From: Planctomycetota bacterium
Lineage (GTDB): Bacteria; Bacteroidota; Bacteroidia; Cytophagales; Cyclobacteriaceae
Assembly: GCA_047612305.1 (NCBI GenBank)
Contig: JBLGAM010000005.1
Location: forward strand, 2,102 to 66,101
DNA: 64,000 nt
Direction of reading: 5' to 3'
The translations under genes and the position numbers were made by a program. The notes beneath the pieces are model-generated. The model worked only from the letters and a program-made list of their open reading frames with translations, made no database searches and was not told the origin of the DNA. This document shows, one piece after another, positions 37,521 through 48,310 of the stretch. The first letter of the stretch is position 1; every line of letters starts with the position of its first letter.

Positions 37521-40217
37521 TTATCTGAATTGCTGTCCAATGGTAAAGTGAAACTGAGGACCACTTCTTTTGGTTTGACCTGGTATTGGATCAAATCCAT
37601 AACCCCAATCAATTCCCAATAACCCAAACGCTGGCATAAATATCCGTGCACCCATTCCTGCTGATTTTTTCAAGTCATAAGGGTTGAAGTCTTTGTAAGA
37701 CCCCCAGTTATTTCCTGCCTCTGCAAAAGCTAGTACAAAGATGGTAGCTGATGGATTTGGAGATACTAGATATCTAACTTCCATCACATATTTGTTATAG
37801 ACTACCCCGCCATAAGGATCAGGATTAGCTGTACCTCTTGAATCTCTACCAGGAGTGATTGATTGATTCTCATAGCCTCTCAAACCGATGATTTCCTGAC
37901 CCAAAGCAAAATTGTTGAAGGTCATTCCATCTCCACCCATTACAAATCGCTCCAATGGAATGATTCCAATCTTGGTGCCATACGAACCTAAGAAGCCCAT
38001 ATGAGCTCTAGCACTAGCGACTAATTTCGTAGAACCGAATAATGGGGTGTAAATGGAGGCATCAAACATCCACTTATGATACTCTAACCATTTGTACTTC
38101 TCTTCATCAGTGGACTCACGATCGATATTATTATTCAATGCAGAATATGGCGGGGTTGCCGATATCGCCAGCATTATATTAGATCCGAATCTTGGATAGA
38201 TTGGATTATCAATGTTATTACGAGCAATAGTAGTATTTAGGGTAATACTATTTGATGTACCGGTTGGGTAGCTCAAACCGAATGAGGTACCGAATTGATC
38301 AAACTCATAAATCTGGAATCGCAAAGAATTACTGATACTGAAATAATCATCAGGCCAGGTCACTCGCTTGGCAAGTCCAAGAGTTACCCCGGTTATTTTG
38401 AAGTAGCCAAGCTCGTTTCCAAAATTAGCTTGGTTAAAAAAGTCCACCTGTCGCTGTACCGAATGGTTAAATGAAAACGATAATGCATTAGGTTTTTTTC
38501 CTCCAAACCAAGGTTCTGTCAAAGACAAAGAATAATTTTGAAAGGTTCGTCCATTTGCTTGTACTCGAAGGGATAGCTTCTGACCATCACCTACAGGAAG
38601 AGGATCCCATTTATCAAAATCCCCGATATTTTTTATGGAAAAATTATTGAAAGAAAGTCCTACAGTTCCTACGAAACCGTAAAATCCTCCCCATCCACCA
38701 GATAACTCAATCTGATCATTTGGTCGCTCCTCTAGTTCGAACGTAATGTCGACTGTAGCTGCTTCGAAGTTTGGTCTGAGATCTGGGTTTATTTTTTCAG
38801 GGTCAAAGTAACCAAGAGTCGAAAGTTCCCGAATAGTACGTACCAGCAATGCCCGGTTAAATTTCTGACCTGGTAGAATTCGAATTTCGCGCATCACTAC
38901 ATGATCAGAAGTTCGTTCGTTTCCTTTAATATTTACACTATTTACTGTAACCTGTGGACCTTCAAAAATCCGCATCTCCAAATCAATCGAGTCTCCTGCC
39001 ACATTGATTTCTACTGGGTCAATACTAAAGAACAAATAGCCGTTGTCTTGGTAGAGGGAGCTGACGTCATCTCCTTTTGCAGGATCGTAATTTAGACGTT
39101 TATCCAGTTTCTCTTTATCGTATACATCACCCCTTTGAATCCCTAGCTTCGCTAACAATACGGCATTTGGATGTATGTAATTTCCATTGAAAGAGATATT
39201 TCGATAGTAGTACTTTCTTCCTTCTTCTAACGCAATATCAATGTTGATCTTGTCCTCCCCGTAGTCATAAATGGAATCTGCAACGATTTTGGCATCACGG
39301 AAACCTTTGCTTTGGTAGAAGTTAATCACACTCTCCTTGTCATTTCTGTACTCTTTGGGGACGTATTTCGACCCGCTGAAAAAATTAAGCTTTAAATTTT
39401 TATTAAGGAAATTTTTTGCGTCCTCTGACGAAGCACTGTCAGTATAAAACAGGGTGTTCTTTACATCCTTGGGAGTAGCAGATTCTAGTCGGGTATACGC
39501 ATCTTTAAATATACTAACTCGGGCATGTTCTTTGGTTTTCTTTAGTTTGCCCTTTAGCTTTGCGTCAGTTATTTCTTCATTTCCGTAGAAATCAATCTCA
39601 TTGATCCTCACTTTTGAGTTTTGAATTACATCAAAGCGAAGCTTTACTGAGTTTGGAAGTGTAGTATCTCGATCTTGAATGATTTTTACCTCAGCATTGA
39701 GATATCCTTTATCCAAATAGTATTTTTCAATATTTCGTTTGGCGTTATTCAATACATCATCACGTACTACTCGACCTCTGATATTGACTTTATCTTTCAA
39801 TTCACCTTCTTGGGTTTTACTCATCCCTGAAAACTCAACTCTAGAGAATCTAGGGCGCTCAGTAAGATCTAAAAGCAAATAAATGTCATCACCATCAATT
39901 TTGGTAACTAATATTTTTACGTCACCAATAATTCCTTGTCCCCAAAGCTTTTTAAGCGCAGATGAAATAGCATCTCCAGGCACTTCAATTTGATCATCGG
40001 CTTTTAATCCCGAAAGCGAAATAATTGCGATTTCATCGAGCGTGGACAAGCCTACAGCTTTGATCTCAGCGATCCTGTAAGTTTCGGGCTTAGCATAATT
40101 AAGCTCCAAAATATCTATTGGCTTGCTCGAAGCGTAGCGACTCTGGCCCAAACGAATCTGTGCCATTGAGCTGCCCGCCCAAACAAAACAAAATAAAATA
40201 AGTAGAATTCTTTTCAT
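37521..40217 (-). CDS. bamA: Outer-membrane protein assembly factor BamA
   Basis: POTRA repeats, GNERTSDHVVMRE, LRGY, FAEAGN, G.RIFMPAFGLLGIDWGYG, HFTIGQQF. Confidence 0.96.
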   Translation of the reverse strand: MKRILLILFCFVWAGSSMAQIRLGQSRYASSKPIDILELNYAKPETYRIAEIKAVGLSTLDEIAIISLSGLKADDQIEVPGDAISSALKKLWGQGIIGDVKILVTKIDGDDIYLLLDLTERPRFSRVEFSGMSKTQEGELKDKVNIRGRVVRDDVLNNAKRNIEKYYLDKGYLNAEVKIIQDRDTTLPNSVKLRFDVIQNSKVRINEIDFYGNEEITDAKLKGKLKKTKEHARVSIFKDAYTRLESATPKDVKNTLFYTDSASSEDAKNFLNKNLKLNFFSGSKYVPKEYRNDKESVINFYQSKGFRDAKIVADSIYDYGEDKINIDIALEEGRKYYYRNISFNGNYIHPNAVLLAKLGIQRGDVYDKEKLDKRLNYDPAKGDDVSSLYQDNGYLFFSIDPVEINVAGDSIDLEMRIFEGPQVTVNSVNIKGNERTSDHVVMREIRILPGQKFNRALLVRTIRELSTLGYFDPEKINPDLRPNFEAATVDITFELEERPNDQIELSGGWGGFYGFVGTVGLSFNNFSIKNIGDFDKWDPLPVGDGQKLSLRVQANGRTFQNYSLSLTEPWFGGKKPNALSFSFNHSVQRQVDFFNQANFGNELGYFKITGVTLGLAKRVTWPDDYFSISNSLRFQIYEFDQFGTSFGLSYPTGTSNSITLNTTIARNNIDNPIYPRFGSNIMLAISATPPYSALNNNIDRESTDEEKYKWLEYHKWMFDASIYTPLFGSTKLVASARAHMGFLGSYGTKIGIIPLERFVMGGDGMTFNNFALGQEIIGLRGYENQSITPGRDSRGTANPDPYGGVVYNKYVMEVRYLVSPNPSATIFVLAFAEAGNNWGSYKDFNPYDLKKSAGMGARIFMPAFGLLGIDWGYGFDPIPGQTKRSGPQFHFTIGQQFR

Positions 40218-40223
40218 CAAAAC

Positions 40224-40961
40224 TTAAGATTTAACTTGCTCACCTGTCAATCCGAATCTCCGCTCCCTCGATTGGTAGTCGGTGATGGCTTCATGGAGGT
40301 GCTCTTTTCTAAAATCTGGCCACAATACAGGAGTAAAATACATCTCTGTATAGGCCAACTGCCATAGGAGAAAATTACTCAATCTAAACTCTCCACTAGT
40401 TCTGATCATGAGTTCAGGATCAGGAATTCCAGCAGTGTCCAGATGATCGGCTACCACCTGTTGGGTGATATCCTCTGGGTTTAATTTTCCTTCTGAGATT
40501 TTTTGAGCAATGCGTTTAGTCGCTTGTGTGAGTTCCCATTGTCCACTGTAGCTAAGTGCCAATACGACTTTCAACCCATTGTTAGCGGCCGTCGTTTCTT
40601 GGGCTTCCATCAATTTGGAATAAGCCGAAGTAGGTAGACTATTGATATCACCAATGGATTGAAGGCGGATATTATTTTTCATCATCATTGGAACCTCATC
40701 AGTAATGGTTTTTACCAACAATTCCATGAGACCATTGATTTCATCCTTTGGTCTAGACCAATTCTCTGTAGAGAATGAAAATAAGGTGAGGTACTCGACT
40801 CCCAGGTCCTCAGCGCCCTCTATTGCATCTTTCACCGCCTGAACTGCATGTCTGTGTCCAAAAATCCTCATGGCACCTTTTTTCTTGGCCCAGCGGCCAT
40901 TGCCATCCATGATAATTGCAATATGTCGGGGTATTCTGTTTTGGTCTTGTATATCCTTCAT
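40224..40961 (-). CDS. uppS: Undecaprenyl diphosphate synthase (isoprenyl transferase)
   Basis: PRHIAIIMDGNGRWA, FSTENWSRP, IRTSGE.RLSNFLLWQ, RERRFG. Start set to ATG 40961. Confidence 0.96.
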   Translation of the reverse strand: MKDIQDQNRIPRHIAIIMDGNGRWAKKKGAMRIFGHRHAVQAVKDAIEGAEDLGVEYLTLFSFSTENWSRPKDEINGLMELLVKTITDEVPMMMKNNIRLQSIGDINSLPTSAYSKLMEAQETTAANNGLKVVLALSYSGQWELTQATKRIAQKISEGKLNPEDITQQVVADHLDTAGIPDPELMIRTSGEFRLSNFLLWQLAYTEMYFTPVLWPDFRKEHLHEAITDYQSRERRFGLTGEQVKS

Positions 40962-41045
40962 TCCTTCGTTTCCGAATGGTTGATTTTTTTGGGAGGAACA
41001 AAAATGCCTATTCTTTTTCAATTATCTAATTTAGAGTAGATAATA

Positions 41046-41843
41046 TTAATAAGCGTAACACTTGTTTGAAGCAAATGTATAACTGATTGCTACACCTAGA
41101 AAGTAATACCAATCTTTGTCGTAGGGATTACCAAAGTTGATTCCATAAGGGGCCTCCGGATTTGCAGGATCTATAAATCTAGGAATTGCGGGTAGTTTAC
41201 TGTCAATTTTATCTAAGTAATCAGTAGAAGTAGGTCTAAAACCTAATTCTGTTGCTAACGTCCAACGATCATTTAATCTATATTTCACTCCTCCACCAAA
41301 TGGAATTACCGGTGTAAAGAGTTGGTAATAACCAACCTCTTCATTTTTTGTGGCAGTTGGTCTCCCTTTGAACGTCATATAAGTGAAGCCCAAACCGAAA
41401 AACGCATAGGGAGAAAAGCGGAATTCAGAATCGTTTCTCAGGAAATCGAGAAAGTTAAATTCCATTACAGCAGATCCTTCAATGATTCCACCTCTGAATT
41501 GTGCATCTCTGATTTGGGCAGAAATGTCAATGGGGTTAATTTCATCATCCGCTTTTAATATCGCCGAACTAATGCCAACTCTAAGCGTCCAGACATTGTC
41601 AAAATTTCTCTTGCCAAACAACGTGACTTGGGGTCCTAACTGGCCCGGGTCAATTTTCCGAATGATATCACCGGAATAAGCTGCAAAGCCTACTCCTCCT
41701 CCTAGTTCATGCTTTTGAGCAAAAGATCCCTGGGTCACCCCTGTAAATAGAAAGCTGAAAAGCAGTAAGTATTTGGAAATCTGAAAATTGACCTTTTTCA
41801 AGACGATGCAAGTTATGAAGTACCAAACGTTTAAAAAACGCAT
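41046..41843 (-). CDS. DUF6089/PorG-like outer-membrane beta-barrel
   Basis: AQKHELG.G.G...YSGD, SPY.F.G.G, IPFGGGVKY, TDYLD, DWYYFLG..ISYTF; lies between nadK and uppS. Start uncertain. Confidence 0.8.
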   Translation of the reverse strand: MRFLNVWYFITCIVLKKVNFQISKYLLLFSFLFTGVTQGSFAQKHELGGGVGFAAYSGDIIRKIDPGQLGPQVTLFGKRNFDNVWTLRVGISSAILKADDEINPIDISAQIRDAQFRGGIIEGSAVMEFNFLDFLRNDSEFRFSPYAFFGLGFTYMTFKGRPTATKNEEVGYYQLFTPVIPFGGGVKYRLNDRWTLATELGFRPTSTDYLDKIDSKLPAIPRFIDPANPEAPYGINFGNPYDKDWYYFLGVAISYTFASNKCYAY

Positions 41844-41907
41844 TTTGGTATTTGGGGGGTTAATAATTGTTAAGCTAAAATTGGGGTTATTTATTGGAAA
41901 CTGAAAT

Positions 41908-42783
41908 TCAATTCCTCATATCAAAGCCCCAATTTAGCTTTTCTCTAAGCGTATCAAAGAAGTGGTAATTTGGAAGCTTGATCAGTTTAGCTTCGAAATT
42001 CTCTTTTTTAACCAGTAATTTGACCTCTGAGGAAATGGAAGTAGATCGAGAATCCAGTGAGATTAGAAACTTTTCGGAGCGACCTTCTATGGTAAAACTT
42101 ATTTCACTTTCATCTGAAACTATGATTGGCCTTACATTTAAGTTGTGGGGACTTACAGGAGTAATCACAAAGTTTTTTGCCTCTGGTGAGATCAAGGGGC
42201 CTCCACAGCTTAAAGAATATCCTGTAGAACCGGTCGGGGTGGCTATAATTAGTCCATCTGCCCAATAGCTATTTAGGTATTTCCCGTCAATATAGGTGTG
42301 AACTGTGATCATCGAAGAAGTATCTCTTTTGTGAATTGTAAATTCATTCAAGGCAAAACTATGCCTGCCAAAGAGGGATTTACTAGACTCTAGACTGATT
42401 AAAGTTCGAGATTCCAATTGAAAATTTCCCTCGGCAAGAAAATTGATGGCTTCCTCAATAGTATCAGTAGCTACAGTGGCTAAAAAACCTAATCTACCCG
42501 TATTCAAACCAAGAATTGGAATTTCCAGACTGCCCACTTGGCAGACAGTATCCAATAAAGTACCGTCTCCACCAATAGATATCATTAAATCCATTTGAGA
42601 CATTTCTGCTTTATTTTCCAAAACCCTAAATTTTGATTTTAGCTCTGGAAAAGCTGAAATCTGTTTTTCAAATTGTTTGGTAACAAAAGTTTCAAATTTG
42701 AATTTTGCTAGGACGGAGAAGAGAGATTTTACTTTTAAAAAATACTCGGTTTTCAAAGCCAAGCCATGTAGGGCGACTTTCAT
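41908..42783 (-). CDS. nadK: NAD kinase
   Basis: GGDGTLL, GLNTGRLGFL, ALNE, DGLIIATPTGSTGYSLSCGGP. Confidence 0.97.
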   Translation of the reverse strand: MKVALHGLALKTEYFLKVKSLFSVLAKFKFETFVTKQFEKQISAFPELKSKFRVLENKAEMSQMDLMISIGGDGTLLDTVCQVGSLEIPILGLNTGRLGFLATVATDTIEEAINFLAEGNFQLESRTLISLESSKSLFGRHSFALNEFTIHKRDTSSMITVHTYIDGKYLNSYWADGLIIATPTGSTGYSLSCGGPLISPEAKNFVITPVSPHNLNVRPIIVSDESEISFTIEGRSEKFLISLDSRSTSISSEVKLLVKKENFEAKLIKLPNYHFFDTLREKLNWGFDMRN

Positions 42784-42786
42784 ATT

Positions 42787-43452
42787 TCAAATATCTAAAA
42801 ATCTGAGTAGGTTACCAATTCGCTCTTCTTCAGTGCTTACTTCAACCTCCTCTTGATATTGATCCAAAACTTTATACCCAAATCGCTCTAAGGTTGCTTT
42901 GATGTATCGTAACTCAGGTTTATTAGTTTTTAAGGTCACTTTGATTTTTGACTGATCTAGCGGGTCAGTTGATATAAATGAACTGAGGATTTTAGTATTC
43001 TCACTTTCGATTATTCTCGAGATTTCAGCCAGACTATATTCATTCATATTCATAGAGAGAATTAATACGCTCCCTTGCGACTGGATAGATAGACTATCTG
43101 CAAATGCAGAAATTGAATCTTCAACCGTCACTACACCCAAGTATTTTGAATTTCTATCTAAGACCGCTACTAAATTAGAATGATGCTCTGAGCTTACCCG
43201 CAAAACCTCGTAGATATGTTGATCACCAAAAACCCAACAGGCAGCTTTGTCAAGAACCAAATCCGAAATAGGTAAATCAAGTGTATTCAAATCGAAAATC
43301 AAATCACCGTTAACCAAGCCCATAAATTTGCCGGAATCCACCACAGGAAGCACATTCGTTCGAATCCCCTCCATCCAAGAAAGTGCCTTCCCAGTTTTGT
43401 CACTGAGTTTCAATGGTGGAATAAGGTTATTGATGAATTCGTTGGCCTGCAT
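42787..43452 (-). CDS. CBS-domain protein with ACT-like C-terminus
   Basis: LPVVD..KFMGLV, YLGVVT.ED, YSLAEISRIIESEN.KILS, ATLERFGY. Confidence 0.9.
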   Translation of the reverse strand: MQANEFINNLIPPLKLSDKTGKALSWMEGIRTNVLPVVDSGKFMGLVNGDLIFDLNTLDLPISDLVLDKAACWVFGDQHIYEVLRVSSEHHSNLVAVLDRNSKYLGVVTVEDSISAFADSLSIQSQGSVLILSMNMNEYSLAEISRIIESENTKILSSFISTDPLDQSKIKVTLKTNKPELRYIKATLERFGYKVLDQYQEEVEVSTEEERIGNLLRFLDI

Positions 43453-43536
43453 GATAAGAAAGATAGGGAATGATTTTAAAATTCAAAACGTAAAAATGCC
43501 AAATCTTGTTCGTTTGGGACTAATTCAAGAACCAAT

Positions 43537-44736
43537 CTAGATCCAAATCTGATTATAGATAATCCCAAAAATAATGCCACCAGCAATGATCGCAGGAGAA
43601 GAGATCTTAGTAAACTGCAAGATCATGTAGGTTCCTAGTATGAAAAAGATATTGACCACATTGGCCTCCAAGGGCTCAAAAAGTAAATAGGCAGCCGAGA
43701 TCAGCATCCCGCAAGAGACTGCATTTATTCCCTCCAATGCTGCTCTGACTGGACGATATTTTTTTAATTGATCCCAAAATCGGATGACAAAAAAGATCAG
43801 AAAGATTCCGGGGAGAAAAATGCCTGCTGCAGCTATAAATCCTCCCATAAAAAAACCTGCTATGCCATATTCACGCATGGACAAGGCACCCACAAATGAT
43901 GAAATCGAGAAGGTCGGTCCTGGAATTCCCTGTGAAATAGCATAGCCAGTAAGGAATTCTTCAGAGCTCAAAAAATGTTTGAAATCCACAAACTCCGTGT
44001 AGAGATAGGGTACCAAGACTTGACCACCACCAAAGATCAAGCTTCCGTTTCGATAGAAGTTTTCGAAAAGAATAATTGACTGGGATTTGGTAAGCGCCCC
44101 AAGGATCGCTGCAAGGGCTAAGGTTCCTGCCCATAAGTAAAAATTTGCCCATTGAATTTTGAGAGGGGCATCTTTTTCAAGTTTCGGTTGCTTTTTGTAC
44201 TTAATCGAAGTACTCAGTCCTCCGCCGAGCAAAAGCAAAGGAAATATATAAGGAGAGCTATAAAAGAATGAAATAAAGGTAGATATGAGGACCAATACCA
44301 TTGCCTCGGTGGTTTGGATCATTTTCCCGATCGTCTTTTGCGCTGCGAAAATGATAAACCCGATGGCCATGGGCTGTATGAATCGAGCGAAATTTAACGC
44401 CCCAGGGGTATTCTCTTCTAAAAAAATAATTAGGATTGCTGCTAAAATCATAATCAGAGTAGCAGGTAAAATCCATACAACTAGTGCCAGGTAGGCTAAA
44501 TTGGGACCTCCTACACGATAGCCAATGGCAGAAATTAATTGTGTAGAGGAGGGGCCGGGAAGCATATTGCAAAGTGCATTCAACTCCCAAAGCTCCTCCT
44601 CCGTAACATATGCTCGCTGTTTGACCATTCGCTCCAAAAGCATGGAAAGGAAAGCCTGAGGTCCGCCAAATGCAGTCAATGAAAGTGTTAATGTATCCCT
44701 CAGAAAAAGATAATATTTCACTTTTGTGACTGACAT
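43537..44736 (-). CDS. chrA: Chromate efflux transporter, CHR family
   Basis: AFGGPQA, LPGPSSTQ, second half FGGGQV, PGPTF. Confidence 0.93.
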   Translation of the reverse strand: MSVTKVKYYLFLRDTLTLSLTAFGGPQAFLSMLLERMVKQRAYVTEEELWELNALCNMLPGPSSTQLISAIGYRVGGPNLAYLALVVWILPATLIMILAAILIIFLEENTPGALNFARFIQPMAIGFIIFAAQKTIGKMIQTTEAMVLVLISTFISFFYSSPYIFPLLLLGGGLSTSIKYKKQPKLEKDAPLKIQWANFYLWAGTLALAAILGALTKSQSIILFENFYRNGSLIFGGGQVLVPYLYTEFVDFKHFLSSEEFLTGYAISQGIPGPTFSISSFVGALSMREYGIAGFFMGGFIAAAGIFLPGIFLIFFVIRFWDQLKKYRPVRAALEGINAVSCGMLISAAYLLFEPLEANVVNIFFILGTYMILQFTKISSPAIIAGGIIFGIIYNQIWI

Positions 44737-44739
44737 GGC

Positions 44740-45717
44740 TTATTTCTTTAAACCAAGTTCACGAAGTCGCTCCTCCAAAAATTCTCCTGCAGTGGTATCC
44801 TGGAATTTTTTTGGAGATTCAATGGATACGCAGCTTTCTAAGCAAGTCAGATCCATTTCAGATCGTGGATGCATGAAAAATGGGATGGAATACCTACTGG
44901 CATTCATTTTCGCTCTTGGAGGATTGACTACCCTATGAATAGTCGATTTTAATTTTTTATTAGTCAACCGTTCTAGCATATCGCCTACATTGACGACCAG
45001 CTGATCAGGCAAGGCTGTAATTGGAATCCATTTGCCATCCTTACGGAGTACCTGAAGCCCGTCAGCACTGGCGCCCATAAGGAGTGTAATCAGGTTGATG
45101 TCTCCATGCTCTGCTGCTCTTACTGCGTCTGCAGGGACTTCATCAGGATTCTCAATCGGGAAATAGTGGATCTGTCTTAAAATAGAATTTCCATGAGCAA
45201 CTTTGCCTTCAAAATAATTTTCTTCCAAGTCCAAGGATAAGGCAATAGCTCTCAACATGGCCTTCCCAGCAGTTTCCAAAGTTCTATAGGCTTCATTGGC
45301 ATCGTGTTGAAATTCAGGAAGCTCCTCTGGCCAAACGTTTTCCGGATATTCTGCCTTGATAGGATCGGTATCAGGAATAGTTACTAGCTCCTGGCCCACA
45401 TGATAAAACTCTTTCAAATCTCCTGTATTACTACCCTTGGCATGCTCTTTTCCTTTGCCTGTATAGCCGCGTTGAAATCCGATCTCTGGTTTTTCGTAGC
45501 GCGATTTCACCTGATCAGGAAGTGAGAAAAATTCCTTAATAGAACTGTATAATCTATCCTGAAGGTCTTTAGAAAGGCCATGGTTTTTGATCGCGACAAA
45601 CCCAATATTTTGATAAGCTTCTGCCAACTTGTTGACAAAAGCTTTCTTTTGGGATTCTGAACCTGTCGTAAAATCTGCTAAATCTAAACTTGGAATTTCA
45701 TCAAATAAGATGTCCAT
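44740..45717 (-). CDS. 2-oxoglutarate/Fe(II) dioxygenase, isopenicillin N synthase family
   Basis: GFVAIKNHG, DLKEFY, HGDINLITLL (HxD), VVNVGDML.RLTN..LKSTIHRV, RYSIPFF. Confidence 0.95.
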   Translation of the reverse strand: MDILFDEIPSLDLADFTTGSESQKKAFVNKLAEAYQNIGFVAIKNHGLSKDLQDRLYSSIKEFFSLPDQVKSRYEKPEIGFQRGYTGKGKEHAKGSNTGDLKEFYHVGQELVTIPDTDPIKAEYPENVWPEELPEFQHDANEAYRTLETAGKAMLRAIALSLDLEENYFEGKVAHGNSILRQIHYFPIENPDEVPADAVRAAEHGDINLITLLMGASADGLQVLRKDGKWIPITALPDQLVVNVGDMLERLTNKKLKSTIHRVVNPPRAKMNASRYSIPFFMHPRSEMDLTCLESCVSIESPKKFQDTTAGEFLEERLRELGLKK

Positions 45718-45791
45718 GTGAATTGTATTTAAAATTTGAATCCCAAATTTATCCTTAAATTAAATATCTTTAGTCTCAATTAACCTTTACT

Positions 45792-46559
45792 ATGAAGAAA
45801 TTACTTCTTTTAACTTTGATAGTTTATGTTTTTTGCTCTTGTGCGAATCAAAAAGAGCGAATCAATGAAGAAGTAGTAGAAGGGCCGCTAGATTCTGCTG
45901 AGACGAATGTGAATCTGCCGAAAGTGAGTTTTTTTCAATATGCGGATTCATCTGCATTTCCTGATGCGATCTTAGAATTATATACGCCTCTTGGCAATCA
46001 GATTTTCAAACCGGGTAAAGTGCCTTTTGAGTTCAATATTAAAAATTATCCTTTTGAGCTATCGGCAAATCAAGACTTTAAACTGTTCAACATCCTAAAC
46101 GGCAGCGATCCAGTCGGATTTTATTCTCCTATTTTTCAGCGGGATTTGGCACAAGGAAGCTATCGAGTGGTTGCGTACCTAGTAGATCAGGAAGGTCTAG
46201 CATTGAAGAATTTTGGGAATTATGTGGATCGTGATTTTCAAGTAGGTGATTCCAGACCTTTCCCATATTCAGCAGAACCTTATTTGGCACTTAATTTCCC
46301 AAGATCAGATCAGGTGTATGATACAGGAAATGAAATAATTATAGACTTCTTAGTGATTGGTGGAGATATGCAGCTCGACGCGCTTAAAGTTCTAATTGAA
46401 GTAAATGAATTCACATACAGCACTGAAAAAATGACTCCAGTAAGACTTGTTAATCTTTCCGCAGGAGAGTATAAAGTGAACGTTAAATTGACTCGAGTAG
46501 ATGGGAAGGAACTCGAAGGGCCCTTTTCCAGCGTGATTAAGACCATCATTGTCCGATAA
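45792..46559 (+). CDS. Hypothetical lipoprotein, two Ig-like-looking domains
   Basis: Lipobox FCS-C; beta-rich halves ending GSYRVVAYL and GEYKVNVKL. Confidence 0.8.
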   Translation: MKKLLLLTLIVYVFCSCANQKERINEEVVEGPLDSAETNVNLPKVSFFQYADSSAFPDAILELYTPLGNQIFKPGKVPFEFNIKNYPFELSANQDFKLFNILNGSDPVGFYSPIFQRDLAQGSYRVVAYLVDQEGLALKNFGNYVDRDFQVGDSRPFPYSAEPYLALNFPRSDQVYDTGNEIIIDFLVIGGDMQLDALKVLIEVNEFTYSTEKMTPVRLVNLSAGEYKVNVKLTRVDGKELEGPFSSVIKTIIVR

Positions 46560-46597
46560 CATGCTTATCTTTATGCTCTCATTCTTTAGCTCAACTC

Positions 46598-47869
46598 ATG
46601 CTATTAGTTAATCATATTAAAGAAAATTTCACCGAGTTCTTATCGGGATTACAAAAGAGAAACTTTCCAGATGCGGAGTCAATCTTAAATCAGGCAATCT
46701 CCTTCGACGATCTTCGGAAATCCACTCAAGCCCAACGGGATCAAATCCAAGCGGAATCCAATACCATTTCTAAGCAAATCGGTCTCTTGATGAAAGAAGG
46801 CCGTGCTGATGAAGCTATAAAGATTCGAGAAAAAACAGCTCAGCTTAAGGTGCAAATCAAAGATTTGGAAGACCAATACACGAATGTTGAAGAGGCACTC
46901 CTAAAGCTTTTATATACCATCCCAAATATTCCACATAGCAGCGTGCCTGCAGGAAGATCCGCGGACGATAATGAAGTGGTTTTGGAAAATGGTCAGATAC
47001 CCACACTCTTTGAGGGTAAGCTGCCGCATTGGGAACTGATTAAAAAGTATGACATCATAGACTTTGATCTCGGTGTTAAGATTACCGGGGCTGGATTTCC
47101 AGTCTATAAAGGGAAAGGTGCTAGACTACAGCGGGCACTTATTAATTTTTTCCTTGATGAAGCGATTGCAGCAGGTTACATAGAAATACAGCCACCGATT
47201 TTAGTCAATGAAGAATCTGGATATGGAACAGGCCAACTTCCAGATAAGGAGGGCCAAATGTATTTTGCGAGTGCCGACAATCTTTATTTGATCCCTACAG
47301 GAGAGGTTCCAATCACCAATTTGTATCGCGATGTGATCCTTTCTGAGTCAGATCTACCGATTAAAAATGTAGGATATACACCTTGCTTCAGAAGAGAGGC
47401 AGGTAGCTGGGGAGCACATGTTCGCGGCCTGAATCGTTTGCATCAATTCGATAAAGTAGAGATTGTTCAGATCACACACCCATCGGATTCATATCAGACC
47501 TTGGAGTCCATGAGTCTTTATGTTCAAGGACTTTTGCAAAAGTTGGAACTTCCCTATCGTGTACTGCGACTCTGTGGAGGGGATATGGGCTTTACTTCAT
47601 CTTTGACATATGATATGGAAGTCTATTCCGCTGCCCAAGAGCGTTGGTTGGAGGTAAGTTCAGTTTCGAATTTTGAAACCTACCAATCCAATCGATTGAA
47701 ACTAAGATTTAAAAGTGAGGATAAAAAAACACAATTGGCCCACTCACTCAACGGAAGTGCTTTGGCTTTGCCACGAATTGTGGCTTCAATCTTGGAAAAT
47801 AATCAAACTGAAGACGGAATATTGATGCCAAAAGTGCTTCATTCGTACCTTGGTTTTGAGAGGATTTAA
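46598..47869 (+). CDS. serS: Serine-tRNA ligase
   Basis: IPNIPH.SVP.G, GTGQLP, LIPTGEVP, CFRREAGS.G...RGL.RLHQF.KVE, EVSSVSN, HSLNGSALA.PR. Confidence 0.98.
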   Translation: MLLVNHIKENFTEFLSGLQKRNFPDAESILNQAISFDDLRKSTQAQRDQIQAESNTISKQIGLLMKEGRADEAIKIREKTAQLKVQIKDLEDQYTNVEEALLKLLYTIPNIPHSSVPAGRSADDNEVVLENGQIPTLFEGKLPHWELIKKYDIIDFDLGVKITGAGFPVYKGKGARLQRALINFFLDEAIAAGYIEIQPPILVNEESGYGTGQLPDKEGQMYFASADNLYLIPTGEVPITNLYRDVILSESDLPIKNVGYTPCFRREAGSWGAHVRGLNRLHQFDKVEIVQITHPSDSYQTLESMSLYVQGLLQKLELPYRVLRLCGGDMGFTSSLTYDMEVYSAAQERWLEVSSVSNFETYQSNRLKLRFKSEDKKTQLAHSLNGSALALPRIVASILENNQTEDGILMPKVLHSYLGFERI

Positions 47870-47893
47870 TTGTTGGGAAATTAAACATTAGTC

Positions 47894-47928
47894 AAAAGGC
47901 GTGGGGATTAACTTCTCCACGCCTTTTT
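47894..47928. terminator. Bidirectional terminator between serS and DUF3037 gene
   Basis: AAAAGGCGTGGGGA-TTAACT-TCTCCACGCCTTTT. Confidence 0.88.
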
Positions 47929-48310
47929 ACAATACATTTTCTTCAAACAGCTGCTCTAATTTTTCTGCTAGCGCTGCATGAAATCCCATGTGAGGTCTTG
48001 AGATCTGAATGATCGAACTCCGGACAGCAGTAAGCCATCGGAATCGTGATGCAAGATCCATCTTGGCGATTTTCCCACCATTGCTTTTCCCCAAACAGAT
48101 TTTTTCAAAAGAAAGGAGATTCAGTCGGATCATCTCCAAATCAGCAAGTGGATCCAAAGCCAATAGTTTTGTCTCATTCAAATGGATTTTGCATCCTAAG
48201 AATCCAGATTTGGAATCACCTAAAATCACGCCCACATTGATGAATTCTTCGCGCTCCACCCGAGGTACCACCCGAATGATGGCATACTCATATAAGTGTA
48301 GTCCTTGCAT
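47927..48310 (-). CDS. DUF3037 family protein
   Basis: YEYAIIRVVPRVEREEFINVGVIL, RFRWLTAVRSSIIQ.S.PH.G. Confidence 0.9.
   Translation of the reverse strand: MQGLHLYEYAIIRVVPRVEREEFINVGVILGDSKSGFLGCKIHLNETKLLALDPLADLEMIRLNLLSFEKICLGKSNGGKIAKMDLASRFRWLTAVRSSIIQISRPHMGFHAALAEKLEQLFEENVL

Noticed and set aside
40962-41021. N-terminal extensions in the ORF track (uppS, recO, ytxH, 10393, 24921, 28367)
   Set aside because: Upstream alternative starts overlap neighbouring genes or promoter boxes, or lack family similarity; downstream ATGs fit better.
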